From an uncultured Opitutales bacterium (GTDB lineage Bacteria; Verrucomicrobiota; Verrucomicrobiia; Opitutales; UBA9783): a stretch of 32,000 bases of DNA. Below are positions 6,055-15,047 of this stretch, one piece after another. The position numbers and the translations under genes were made by a program. Where the stretch lies: NCBI GenBank assembly GCA_934691225.1, contig CAKUSQ010000002.1, forward strand, positions 27,372 through 59,371, given 5' to 3'. The notes beneath the pieces are model-generated. The model did not search any database and was not told where the DNA came from. It was given only the letters and a program-made list of their open reading frames with translations. Position 1 is the first letter of the stretch. Each line of letters opens with the position of its first letter.

Positions 6055-8208
6055 TTACAAAGTACCCCACGAAAAGTTTCCTGTTTCCTTTTTCCACAAG
6101 TTAGCATCGTCGATAAATATAAGATGTTTTTTAGCACGGGTACAGGCTACATAAAACAAACGTTGAAGTTCACGTTTTTGAGAAAGTATGCGATCTTGAT
6201 TTAAAATGTGTTCATACTTATGCCAAAGAATATGGTTGTTATAAAGCAAAGGATAACGGGGCGGTGCATGACGAATAGGACGGTAAAAAAAAGGAAGAAT
6301 TACGGTATCCCATTCTAAACCCTTGGCTTTATGGCAAGTGTAGCACTGGATAGAATGGGTATTGAGTTGAGGTTCCGAATTGATTGCTGAAGTTAAATAA
6401 GGTCGTAGGTGTTGTTCCAAAGAGATCCAAGATCCATGCAAATTTTGAGTTTGGAATGTTGTATTTAAAAGAATATCAAAAGCATCTGAATCGGTGGGAT
6501 TAGGTGAGCATTTATCTTTAAAAAATTCTATTATTTTTATGATTCCTTCCCATAAGGACATTTGCATAACCTCTTGTCGCAATTGAAATAATATTTGCAG
6601 GATATTAGAAATGTCATCTTTTAATAAAGTTGCGCAAGCGATTTGAAATTCATTTTCATAGTCAGTTAGTGCGTGTGTTGGAATGCAAAAAGTTCTTTCT
6701 AGCATACCTGCAAGCTCGAAGCTGTCATTAGGAAAATTAATTAAATGAATAAATGTTAAAACATTACAAAAAAATGGATTTGTTCGTCCAGTGATGTTAG
6801 ATGAGTAGAGTTGTGTTAACCAGCCGTGTTGATTTAAGTAAGAACTTATCTCGTTAAGCCAATCTTTGCGAGGTGCAAGTATGCAAATATTAGAAAGTTC
6901 AGTTGGATATGCCTTTAAATGTGCTTTTAATATATTTGATAGTTGTTCGAGTTCATAAGATTTGACATCTACGGACGATGTTGGTTTCTGAATAGGAATG
7001 ATTTGAAAGGTACCTATCGTTTGTGCAGCTGATATCAAAGGTACAAATCTAACTTGTTTTTTATCAATCTCAGGGCACAGAAGTGTAGGAAATTTTCTGT
7101 TAAGCATAGAAACGATTGCTTCAGGGCAGCGAAACGTTTTTGAGAAGATAAGTTCTGTACAGGTTTTATGTTCAACGAGAGTTTTATGTGCATCTAAATA
7201 ATAATTTACATCGGCTCGCGAGCTATAAATAGCTTGCTGAGGGTCACCTACCATTGAAAAACGATTGCATTTATTGAGATTAACTAACGTTTGTAAATAT
7301 TGAAATTGATAAGGATCGGTATCTTGGGCTTCATCCAATAAAATTGAGATAGGTGTTTGCTCGAAAAATTGTTTAACGTCAGGTTTAGAAAGGTTACATT
7401 GAGCTAAATAAATTAAGTCCGTATGTTTTAAAAATCCTTGTTGGACACGAAATTCGTAATAACGTTTTGATAAAATTTTAGCTAAAAGAAGTGCTTCTGT
7501 TTCCAGCTGTTTGAAAAGAGGCTCAAACGTTTTATAATAAACCTGTTTAAAATTTTCACCACCTACAAGGCATTCCGGTAAGGGTAATGGCATATCCGTC
7601 GCATAATCCTTTTCCCATTGTTTTAAACTTGATTTTATGTAACCAATGGCTGTTTTATTACGAGGTTCTGGATTATAACCATAAATAGGTGATAAATCAA
7701 GACTTACCCTGTGAAATGGTTCTTTAGGGATTTCAAAACTTGTAACAGGTAGTTCAAAATGATCGCATAAAATATCTAGGTCGACAAAACGCAAAATATG
7801 AGCAAAATGCTTATAAATGGGATCATTGATAACCAGTGTGCTTAAAAACTTATTTTTTAGTGACGTATCTTCTTGTAAGACTTCATAGCGTATTTGTGGA
7901 TCAAATTGCTGAATATGTCGCCAACATAAGCTGTGGATGGTTCCAAAAAAGCTTTGGGAAAATAAATATTCAAATTGAGAAAAATTAGGATGTTTTTGTA
8001 AACGATTTTTTACTCGCGTACGCAACGTTTCAGCAGCTTTCTTGGTGTAAGTGATGACATACAAACCACGCAACATTTCAGGAGCTTTATCAGCCATGTT
8101 GTAGATCCTTTCAGTGATAGCGTAGGTTTTACCAACGCCTGCTGGAGCTATAACTGAAAAATTACGATCGATACAATGACAAAAAAGCTCTCGTTGTTGC
8201 TGATCCAT
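6055..8208 (-). CDS. UvrD/Rep/RecB-type superfamily 1 DNA helicase (no nuclease domain)
   Basis: Walker A VIAPAGVGKTY, motif II LLDEAQDTDPYQF, motif III MVGDPQQAIY, motif V/VI CHKAKGLEWDTVILPF and FYVACTRAKKHLIF. The protein ends ~20 aa after motif VI. Confidence 0.8.
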   Translation of the reverse strand: MDQQQRELFCHCIDRNFSVIAPAGVGKTYAITERIYNMADKAPEMLRGLYVITYTKKAAETLRTRVKNRLQKHPNFSQFEYLFSQSFFGTIHSLCWRHIQQFDPQIRYEVLQEDTSLKNKFLSTLVINDPIYKHFAHILRFVDLDILCDHFELPVTSFEIPKEPFHRVSLDLSPIYGYNPEPRNKTAIGYIKSSLKQWEKDYATDMPLPLPECLVGGENFKQVYYKTFEPLFKQLETEALLLAKILSKRYYEFRVQQGFLKHTDLIYLAQCNLSKPDVKQFFEQTPISILLDEAQDTDPYQFQYLQTLVNLNKCNRFSMVGDPQQAIYSSRADVNYYLDAHKTLVEHKTCTELIFSKTFRCPEAIVSMLNRKFPTLLCPEIDKKQVRFVPLISAAQTIGTFQIIPIQKPTSSVDVKSYELEQLSNILKAHLKAYPTELSNICILAPRKDWLNEISSYLNQHGWLTQLYSSNITGRTNPFFCNVLTFIHLINFPNDSFELAGMLERTFCIPTHALTDYENEFQIACATLLKDDISNILQILFQLRQEVMQMSLWEGIIKIIEFFKDKCSPNPTDSDAFDILLNTTFQTQNLHGSWISLEQHLRPYLTSAINSEPQLNTHSIQCYTCHKAKGLEWDTVILPFFYRPIRHAPPRYPLLYNNHILWHKYEHILNQDRILSQKRELQRLFYVACTRAKKHLIFIDDANLWKKETGNFSWGTL

Positions 8209-8243
8209 ACGGCTAGCACATGTGCAGTGCTTTTGTTGATGGA

Positions 8244-8900
8244 CTATTTAAAATAAGTATTAAGTCCTTCGTAATTTGGCTGCATAGCTTTATCTCCTTT
8301 GTGCCAATCAATGGGGCAAACTTCGCCAAATTGTTCGAAATGCTGTAAGGCTTGTACCATACGCAAAGTTTCTTTAACGGAACGACCTAGGGGCATATTG
8401 TTAACCACTTGGTGTTGAACAATTCCGGCTTTGTCGATGAGAAATAATCCTCGGTAAGCAACCATAGGACCATCTGATTGTAAAAGACCGTTTTCATCAT
8501 AGTAATAATCACCTGCCAATACGCCGTAATTAGCAGCAATGGTTTTGTTAATGTCGGCGACCAATGGGTATGTGATACCCTGAATACCTCCTTGATTTTT
8601 GGGTTGTTGCAGCCAACCGTAGTGACTAGCTTCTGAATCAGTTGAACAAGCCACAATTTGCGTCGAACAGGCCTCAAAGCTTTCTAATACAGCTTGGAAT
8701 GCGTGCAACTCAGTTGGGCAAACAAAGGTGAAATCTTTAGGATAAAAAAACAGAACAACATACTTTTTGCCCAAAAATTGATTTAAGCTAAAGTTTTCAA
8801 CTATTTGTTGCCCGTTAATAACAGCAGGGGCTGAAAAAGCAGGTGCTTTTTTGCCTACTAAGGTCCCTGTTACTGCTTTAAAACAATTACATTCACACAT
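8244..8900 (-). CDS. ahpC: Typical 2-Cys peroxiredoxin (AhpC/Tsa family)
   Basis: Peroxidatic Cys in FFYPKDFTFVCPTE and resolving Cys in GEVCPIDW. The N-terminus carries an extra MCECNCFKAV. Confidence 0.9.
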   Translation of the reverse strand: MCECNCFKAVTGTLVGKKAPAFSAPAVINGQQIVENFSLNQFLGKKYVVLFFYPKDFTFVCPTELHAFQAVLESFEACSTQIVACSTDSEASHYGWLQQPKNQGGIQGITYPLVADINKTIAANYGVLAGDYYYDENGLLQSDGPMVAYRGLFLIDKAGIVQHQVVNNMPLGRSVKETLRMVQALQHFEQFGEVCPIDWHKGDKAMQPNYEGLNTYFK

Positions 8901-8971
8901 GGACTTACCATAAAAACGGTGGCCATTTTCGTCAACTATTTTTGAGAAAAATTCAATGAATATTTAAATGT

Positions 8972-10942
8972 TCATGAAGATGGTTCGTGCGTTTTTATTT
9001 TTTGTGCACACAATTCTGGTGTTAAATGAAATGTGTTAAAAATGGAGGCTGCGGGCGCACTTATCCCAAAACGATCGATTCCTATAACCAAGCCATCGGA
9101 TCCAACAAAACGATGCCAAGAAAGGGAAGAGGCAGCTTCGATAGCTATGCGTTTTTTACATGTGCTTGGCAAAATTTTTTCTTGGTATTCCGCTTCTTGG
9201 CGCAGGAAAATTTCACAAGATGGCATAGAAACAACACGTGTGCTTGTTCCTAGTAAGTTTGCTGTTTTTAGCGCTAATTCAACCTCGCTTCCTGTAGCAA
9301 TAATTAAAGTTGTTAGAGGTTTTGTTTCTGGGCGAATAATGTAAGCGCCGCGTTCAGAACCCCTTAGTTTATCGTTTTGAGGAATTGTATCGATGTAGTT
9401 CAGTGTTTGGCGTGAAAGGATAAAGACACTAGGCCCTTCTTTAAATTGAATTGCACATTGAAAGGCTGACCATAACTCATCGCTATCGGCAGGTCGAAAC
9501 ACTTGAATGTTAGGGATACTTCGTAAACCAACCAATTGTTCAATGGGTTGATGGGTAGGGCCATCTTCACCAACTGCGATGGAATCGTGAGAAAAGAAGT
9601 ACCAAACAGGTAAGTGACTCAAAGCTGCTATTCGTAAAGCAGGTTTAAGGTAATCCGAAAATGCTAGAAAAGTTGAACCTGAGGGTTGAAAAAAACCATC
9701 ATAGGCGATACCATTTAAAACACTTCCCATGGCGTGTTCTCGAATACCAAAGAATAAATTGCGTCCAGCAATTGTTTGTGCTGAAAAATCACCACAAGCG
9801 TGCAAATAATTTTTCACCGATTCAAATACATCTGCACTTCCAGTTAGCAAGTGTGGATTTTTTTGTGCTAAGTAATTGAGGTATTTTCCTGCGCATTCTC
9901 GAGTAGAAATTGAGTTTTTTTCTAAAGGAGGCTCAAGATCTTTGTAAACGTTTTTGGCAATTAAAAAGGAAGCTTTTTCAGGATATGTTTCACACCAATC
10001 TTCAAAATTTTTTACCCAATTATTGTAATTTTTTTGCAGGTGTAGTTTATGTTTTTCAAAAAATTTTTTTGTAGTATCAGAAATAAAAAAACTTTTGTGT
10101 GGATCAAGTCCCAAAGTTTGTTTGACCTGAACAATTTCTTTAATGCCAGCAGCTCCGTGCGCTTTTGATGTTCCAGATATACTTAATCCATACCCAATAA
10201 TTGTTTTTAAAATAATTAGTGTAGGTTTGTCACTAGAAGTGCGTCCTTGCTCTAAAGCCTGAAGGATCGCTGTAGGATTTTGTCCATTGACTTCGTGTAC
10301 GTTCCATCCTAAGGCTTCAAATTTTGACCGTGTATCTTCATTTTGAGAAACTGAAGCATTGGTATCTAAAGTTACTTGATTGCAATCATAGATGAGTATC
10401 AAATTATTTAGTTTCCATAGACCTGCGAGTGTTATGCTTTCCAGTCCCACGCCTTCTTGCAAACAACCTTCACCACATAAACATACCACACGATTGTCAA
10501 TGATTGTATGAGTAGATGTATTCAATTGTTCGGCTAATTTTTTTTGTGAAACAGCTATTCCTACTGCATTTCCAATGCCTTGTCCTAATGGACCTGTAGT
10601 GGCCTCAATACCTGGAGTTAGACCAAATTCAGGATGTCCAGGTGTTTTGCTTCTTAGTTGACGAAATTGTTTTAAATCTTCTAAAGAAATATCGTAACCA
10701 CATAAGTGCAAGCAAGCGTAAAGCAGAGCGCTTCCGTGTCCAGCTGATAATACAAACCTATCGCGATTAATCCAACGTGGATTTTTAGGAAGATAACGTA
10801 AAAATTGTCCAAATAAAACTGTACCACATTCAGCACATCCGAGAGGTAATCCAAGGTGTCCTGAGTTAGCAGTCGCTATCATATCAAGACAAAGACCGCG
10901 TATTTCATTAGCAATTGAGGCCTGCGTATTTTCCATTTTCAA
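8972..10942 (-). CDS. tkt: Transketolase
   Basis: SGHLGLPLGCAE, SAGHGSALLYA, GEGCLQEGV and EDGPTHQPIEQL motifs; 656 aa. Confidence 0.95.
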   Translation of the reverse strand: MKMENTQASIANEIRGLCLDMIATANSGHLGLPLGCAECGTVLFGQFLRYLPKNPRWINRDRFVLSAGHGSALLYACLHLCGYDISLEDLKQFRQLRSKTPGHPEFGLTPGIEATTGPLGQGIGNAVGIAVSQKKLAEQLNTSTHTIIDNRVVCLCGEGCLQEGVGLESITLAGLWKLNNLILIYDCNQVTLDTNASVSQNEDTRSKFEALGWNVHEVNGQNPTAILQALEQGRTSSDKPTLIILKTIIGYGLSISGTSKAHGAAGIKEIVQVKQTLGLDPHKSFFISDTTKKFFEKHKLHLQKNYNNWVKNFEDWCETYPEKASFLIAKNVYKDLEPPLEKNSISTRECAGKYLNYLAQKNPHLLTGSADVFESVKNYLHACGDFSAQTIAGRNLFFGIREHAMGSVLNGIAYDGFFQPSGSTFLAFSDYLKPALRIAALSHLPVWYFFSHDSIAVGEDGPTHQPIEQLVGLRSIPNIQVFRPADSDELWSAFQCAIQFKEGPSVFILSRQTLNYIDTIPQNDKLRGSERGAYIIRPETKPLTTLIIATGSEVELALKTANLLGTSTRVVSMPSCEIFLRQEAEYQEKILPSTCKKRIAIEAASSLSWHRFVGSDGLVIGIDRFGISAPAASIFNTFHLTPELCAQKIKTHEPSS

Positions 10943-12540
10943 TGTTCTTGTGAAGTTTCTGGAGTTGTTGAGGTATCTTTAAAGCTGTTTACAATCCACT
11001 GAGATAAAATTTTAGAAGCGTCAGCAATAAAATTTTTATCAAGAATAAACGTATCTTTTTGTTCATTACGAGCAATGATCTTTAGGCCATAAGCGAGATT
11101 TTGAAACAATGTATTGCATAAAGATGAAATAGGTTTGTCGGAAAAAATACTTTGTTGAATCAACGCTTGTACAGCATCATCAGTGAATTGAATTTTTATA
11201 TTATTTTCTTTGAAAAAATGTGTTTCATAAGCGTGAATGTCGGAAATCCGTTGATCATTTAATAAGGCTTGATTGTCCAAAAGTAATTGTTTTAAAGCCT
11301 TGTCTGGATCTGTAACTGTATCCGTATTTACCTCGAAAAAATGAATACCTGAAGATGGAAGTTCGAACTTAAAATTGCGCAAAATTTTTTCAAAAATAGT
11401 CATCAAACCTCGCGCTCCCGTTTTCTCTTTTTCAGCTTGTTCAGCTATTTCAGAAATGGCTTCATTTGTAATTTCCATATTAATGCCATATCCTGAAAAA
11501 TCATTTTTGTATTGTTTTAATATAGAACACTCTGCATCAGTTAAAATGTGGGCTAGATCATTTTTGTTTAAGTTATTACAAGCTACACGAATAGGAATTC
11601 GACCAATAAATTCAGGTTCAAAGCCATATTGAATGAAGTCTTGGGTTTGAACTTGATGCAGGTATTGTTGCATTTGGTTTTCATCGGTTGTAGGCGACAC
11701 ATTAAAACCAATAGTGCCTTGATCTAGCCGGCGTTTGACAATTTCTGATAATTTATCAAAAGCGCCGCTGAAGATGAATAAAATATGTCGAGTGTTGATG
11801 GTCGTTTTTCTTGGTTTTCCTTGACCTTTTTGCATATCCATAACGGCCTGCAATTGTCCTAACATATCCGTGGGTGTTACCAAGTTAACGTCGCTTTCTT
11901 CCATGAGTTTTAAGAGATTGATTTGTACACCGCGTCCGGAAACATCACGTCCTTGAGAAGATACAGAAGCAATTTTATCGATTTCATCGACATAAATAAT
12001 TCCGTACTGTGCTAAATCAATATTGCCATTGGCTACTTTTACCAAATCACGAACTAAATCTTCAACATCACCGCCTACATATCCTGTTTCAGAAAATTTC
12101 GTGGCATCTGCTTTAACGAATGGCACACCAATACGTTTAGCTATATTGCGAATAAGATACGTTTTCCCAACACCCGTTGGCCCTAACACAACCACGTTTT
12201 GTTTTAAATATAAATGATCAGCTTTTTCAGGATGCTGTATGCATTGGCGAACATGATTATAATGGTCGCAGATAGCTACAGATAGCACTTTTTTAGCTTC
12301 GTCTTGTTTAATAACGTAGTGGTCTAAATAGTCTCGAATTTCCTTAGGTTTTAAATTGAAATTTTCTATCTGTTTAATAAAATCTTCTTGTTCATCATTT
12401 ATGGTGTTATTATCAGAGCCTTCGTTGTTGGCTTGAAAATTATTTGAGAAGGGAAAATCTGAAATATGTACAGGTATTTTGCCAAAAGCTTCCTCTAATT
12501 TTGCTTTGATTGTATTCAAGGTATCATCTTTTTTATCCAT
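10939..12540 (-). CDS. clpX: ClpX-family AAA+ unfoldase lacking the N-terminal zinc-binding domain and carrying a C-terminal extension
   Basis: LDHYVIKQDEAKKVLSVAICDHYNHV, Walker A GPTGVGKTY, pore loop ETGYVGGDVE, Walker B IIYVDEIDKI, RDVSGRGVQINLLKLME, IGF loop (GTIGFN), EFIGRIPI, sensor-2 KTGARGL. There is no Cys in the first ~90 aa, so no C4 zinc finger. Confidence 0.75.
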   Translation of the reverse strand: MDKKDDTLNTIKAKLEEAFGKIPVHISDFPFSNNFQANNEGSDNNTINDEQEDFIKQIENFNLKPKEIRDYLDHYVIKQDEAKKVLSVAICDHYNHVRQCIQHPEKADHLYLKQNVVVLGPTGVGKTYLIRNIAKRIGVPFVKADATKFSETGYVGGDVEDLVRDLVKVANGNIDLAQYGIIYVDEIDKIASVSSQGRDVSGRGVQINLLKLMEESDVNLVTPTDMLGQLQAVMDMQKGQGKPRKTTINTRHILFIFSGAFDKLSEIVKRRLDQGTIGFNVSPTTDENQMQQYLHQVQTQDFIQYGFEPEFIGRIPIRVACNNLNKNDLAHILTDAECSILKQYKNDFSGYGINMEITNEAISEIAEQAEKEKTGARGLMTIFEKILRNFKFELPSSGIHFFEVNTDTVTDPDKALKQLLLDNQALLNDQRISDIHAYETHFFKENNIKIQFTDDAVQALIQQSIFSDKPISSLCNTLFQNLAYGLKIIARNEQKDTFILDKNFIADASKILSQWIVNSFKDTSTTPETSQEH

Positions 12541-12551
12541 AAATAAACGGC

Positions 12552-12568
12552 ATTGAATTTAATTCAAT
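12552..12568. promoter_or_regulatory. Perfect 17-bp palindrome ATTGAATT-T-AATTCAAT, 12 nt upstream of the clpX-like ATG
   Basis: Read directly from the sequence. It lies in the clpX-like/hisS divergent intergenic region, which also holds a direct repeat GTTTTGAAA at 12619-12627 and 12637-12645. Confidence 0.3.
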
Positions 12569-12698
12569 CATATTCGTTACTGTATTAAAGTAAAGAACTA
12601 TCCTAAAAATATGCAATTGTTTTGAAAATTTTTAGTGTTTTGAAAGATTTAGATGTAAAAATCTTGCCAAGGTAAAGGGAACGCTAAAAAATAACGTT

Positions 12699-14015
12699 AT
12701 GTTTGAGGTTTTACCCGGATTTAGAGATTTTACTCCAGCAGCCTGTGCTGTACGCAATGCTATTTTTACAAAATGGCGTTCTACAGCTCGTATTTTTAAT
12801 TTTGAAGAATTTGATGGTCCTGTTTTAGAATCTTTAGAACTTTTTACAAAAAAATCAGGAGAAGAAATCACCGAACAATTATTTAATTTTGAAGATAAAG
12901 GTGGGCGGCAAATTGCGTTGCGTCCAGAAATGACACCTTCATTGGTTCGAATTTTAGGAAAAAATTTGGCTGTTTTAAAAAAACCTACCAAATGGTTTAA
13001 TATTACAGAAAATTTTCGTTATGAACGTCCACAAAAAGGTCGGTTGCGTTCTTTTTATCAGTTTAATGCTGATATTATAGGTGAAGAAACTTTTTCGGCA
13101 GATGCTGAGTTGATTGCTCTAGCTATTCAAAGTTTTAAGAATTTTGGACTTACACGCGAACATTTTTACGTGCGTTTAAGTGATCGTCAGTTATGGATGT
13201 TGTGGTTGCAAGGTTTCGGTATAAAAGATTTTGAGCTAGCTCAAAAGGTGTTAGCGGTTTGCGATAAATTGGAACGAAAACCATGCCAGGTTATTGAGGA
13301 TGATTTGTCAAAAATTTTACCAGAAAGTATTTCACCGGCTGTATTTTATAAATTGACGCAAAGGCTGAGATCCTCTGAAACGTTAACGGAAATTCGAACA
13401 TGCTTTCAAGAGTTGATGGAATGGAAGGCTGTTACAGAGGTTTTAGAACATCGTTTAGTTGAATTTGAACGTTTATTGCAACGTTTACAAGCATTGCAGT
13501 GCGATGAGTATGTTTCTATCGATTTAAATATCGTTCGTGGTTTAGCTTATTATACAGGATTTGTGTTTGAGGTCTTTGAAGTAGGGGATCAAGGACGAGC
13601 ACTTGCAGGTGGAGGACGTTACGATCAGTTGTTTGAAAAATTGACTGGGCATGCAATGCCTGCAGTTGGATTTGCCGCGGGTGATGTTACTTTAACCGAT
13701 ATATTAGAAAAAAATCGTTTGTTGCCTGCGGTGTCCACGGGTGTGGATGTTTTTGTTATTTTCGATGAAATCATGCAAAATCAAGCACTTCAATGGGCAC
13801 AGAATTTTCGTTGTGCTGGCTATATAACAAGTTATCATTTAGGTGAAGTAAAAAGTATAACCAAGCAATTGAAAAAAGCGTTTTCAGAAGGTGCTAGAAA
13901 CATTGTTATTTTTACCCAAGAAGCTGTTATGAATGGGAAAGCTCAGGTGAGGTATACAATGGATAAGACAGAGACAACAGTGAATATTTCAGAGCTTTTG
14001 CAAGTTATACGCTAG
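12699..14015 (+). CDS. hisS: Histidine--tRNA ligase
   Basis: Class II motifs LRPEMTPS, FRYERPQKGRLRSFYQFNADIIG and AGGGRYD; 438 aa. Confidence 0.95.
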   Translation: MFEVLPGFRDFTPAACAVRNAIFTKWRSTARIFNFEEFDGPVLESLELFTKKSGEEITEQLFNFEDKGGRQIALRPEMTPSLVRILGKNLAVLKKPTKWFNITENFRYERPQKGRLRSFYQFNADIIGEETFSADAELIALAIQSFKNFGLTREHFYVRLSDRQLWMLWLQGFGIKDFELAQKVLAVCDKLERKPCQVIEDDLSKILPESISPAVFYKLTQRLRSSETLTEIRTCFQELMEWKAVTEVLEHRLVEFERLLQRLQALQCDEYVSIDLNIVRGLAYYTGFVFEVFEVGDQGRALAGGGRYDQLFEKLTGHAMPAVGFAAGDVTLTDILEKNRLLPAVSTGVDVFVIFDEIMQNQALQWAQNFRCAGYITSYHLGEVKSITKQLKKAFSEGARNIVIFTQEAVMNGKAQVRYTMDKTETTVNISELLQVIR

Positions 14016-14087
14016 ATGATTACGGAAGTTTAAAGCATAAGTAATTAATATTAGAGCGGAAATTTCTTTTTAAAGTTTAGTAAAATT

Positions 14088-14116
14088 TTGACTTTCTGAG
14101 AATTTTTTCTTAAACT
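14088..14116 (+). promoter_or_regulatory. Putative sigma70-type promoter (TTGACT-17 nt-TAAACT) for the LysM gene
   Basis: The -10 element ends 7 nt before ATG 14124, implying a leaderless or near-leaderless transcript. Confidence 0.3.
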
Positions 14117-14123
14117 TATCTAT

Positions 14124-15047
14124 ATGCGTTTACTTACGAGTTACTTATCGGCTTCTTTATTAATTTTTTCGGTTCAAGCAGCACCTGTATTATCGAATTC
14201 ACCGCATTCACCTTACCGTCAGCTTCGAACATTAATGGAAGATATGAATGGTTTGAAGGAAGAAATTCAAGAATTGAAGAGTGAAAAAACCTTGTTAAAT
14301 AATGTACTTGAAACAGTATCGCAGGAAGCTCAACATCGGAATTTGGCATTTGAACAGTTAACTTCTGAAAATGAGGCTTTAAAGGATACGCTTCAACAAT
14401 TGACGAAGGATTATGAAGCGTTGAAATCGAACTTAGTAGCTTTGGAAGAAAATCAGAAAGGTTTATTGGAAAATTCTGCGTTAGAGTCTGTAAAAGAGCA
14501 GTTAAAGAGCGCAAATGAAAATGTTAGCCATTTGTCGCAATGGAAAGAAGACCGTGAGAAATTCCTGAAAGAACTTCAATTAAAATTGCCTAATATTAAT
14601 AAATTAAGTCAAGAACTGTGTCATATTCAAACTAATACTGAGGATTTTATAAGAGTTTCTTACGAGGAAATTTGCAATAAGATTCAAAGTTTAGAAAGAG
14701 ATATCGATAAAGTAACTTCTGCGAATGCAAAAGCTAAAAGCAATGATTTTCAATTCCAATTGAGTGCTTTAAAAAAGGAAATTACTGATAAATGCAAGGC
14801 AATGTGTCTTTCAACGCTCAATCAAGCGAATGATCGTTTACAAAGTTTAGCACAACAAATGCAAACAAATTTTGATTGTTTACGTGAAAAAAGTTATATC
14901 AAACACATTGTTTTAGCAGGAGAATCTTTAAGTTCGATTGCCAATCGTTATCAGTCTTCGGTGTCGCAGATTTTGGCAGCTAATCACTTACAAAATTCAA
15001 AAAATGTAAAAGTAGGTGATATGATTTGGATTCCTAAAAATTTTTAA
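14124..15047 (+). CDS. Secreted coiled-coil protein with C-terminal LysM peptidoglycan-binding domain
   Basis: Signal peptide MRLLTSYLSASLLIFSVQAAP, then ~200 aa of heptad-like E/K/L/Q-rich sequence. C-terminal LysM: HIVLAGESLSSIANRYQSSVSQILAANHL...VKVGDMIWIP. Confidence 0.8.
   Translation: MRLLTSYLSASLLIFSVQAAPVLSNSPHSPYRQLRTLMEDMNGLKEEIQELKSEKTLLNNVLETVSQEAQHRNLAFEQLTSENEALKDTLQQLTKDYEALKSNLVALEENQKGLLENSALESVKEQLKSANENVSHLSQWKEDREKFLKELQLKLPNINKLSQELCHIQTNTEDFIRVSYEEICNKIQSLERDIDKVTSANAKAKSNDFQFQLSALKKEITDKCKAMCLSTLNQANDRLQSLAQQMQTNFDCLREKSYIKHIVLAGESLSSIANRYQSSVSQILAANHLQNSKNVKVGDMIWIPKNF

Noticed and set aside
8215-8235. Hairpin AGCAC-ATGTGCA-GTGCT followed by TTTT (contains the 10-bp palindrome GCACATGTGC), considered as an intrinsic terminator between ahpC and the helicase
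   Set aside because: The T-run follows the hairpin only on the plus strand, while both flanking genes are transcribed on the minus strand. The stem is only 5 bp. At most it is a weak attenuator.
9026-9879. Three plus-strand ORFs (75, 103 and 72 aa) inside the transketolase locus
   Set aside because: They lie antisense to a full-length, motif-rich tkt gene and are typical shadow ORFs.
12632-12991. 119-aa minus-strand ORF overlapping the hisS 5' end
   Set aside because: It lies antisense to hisS class II motifs and has no recognisable features.
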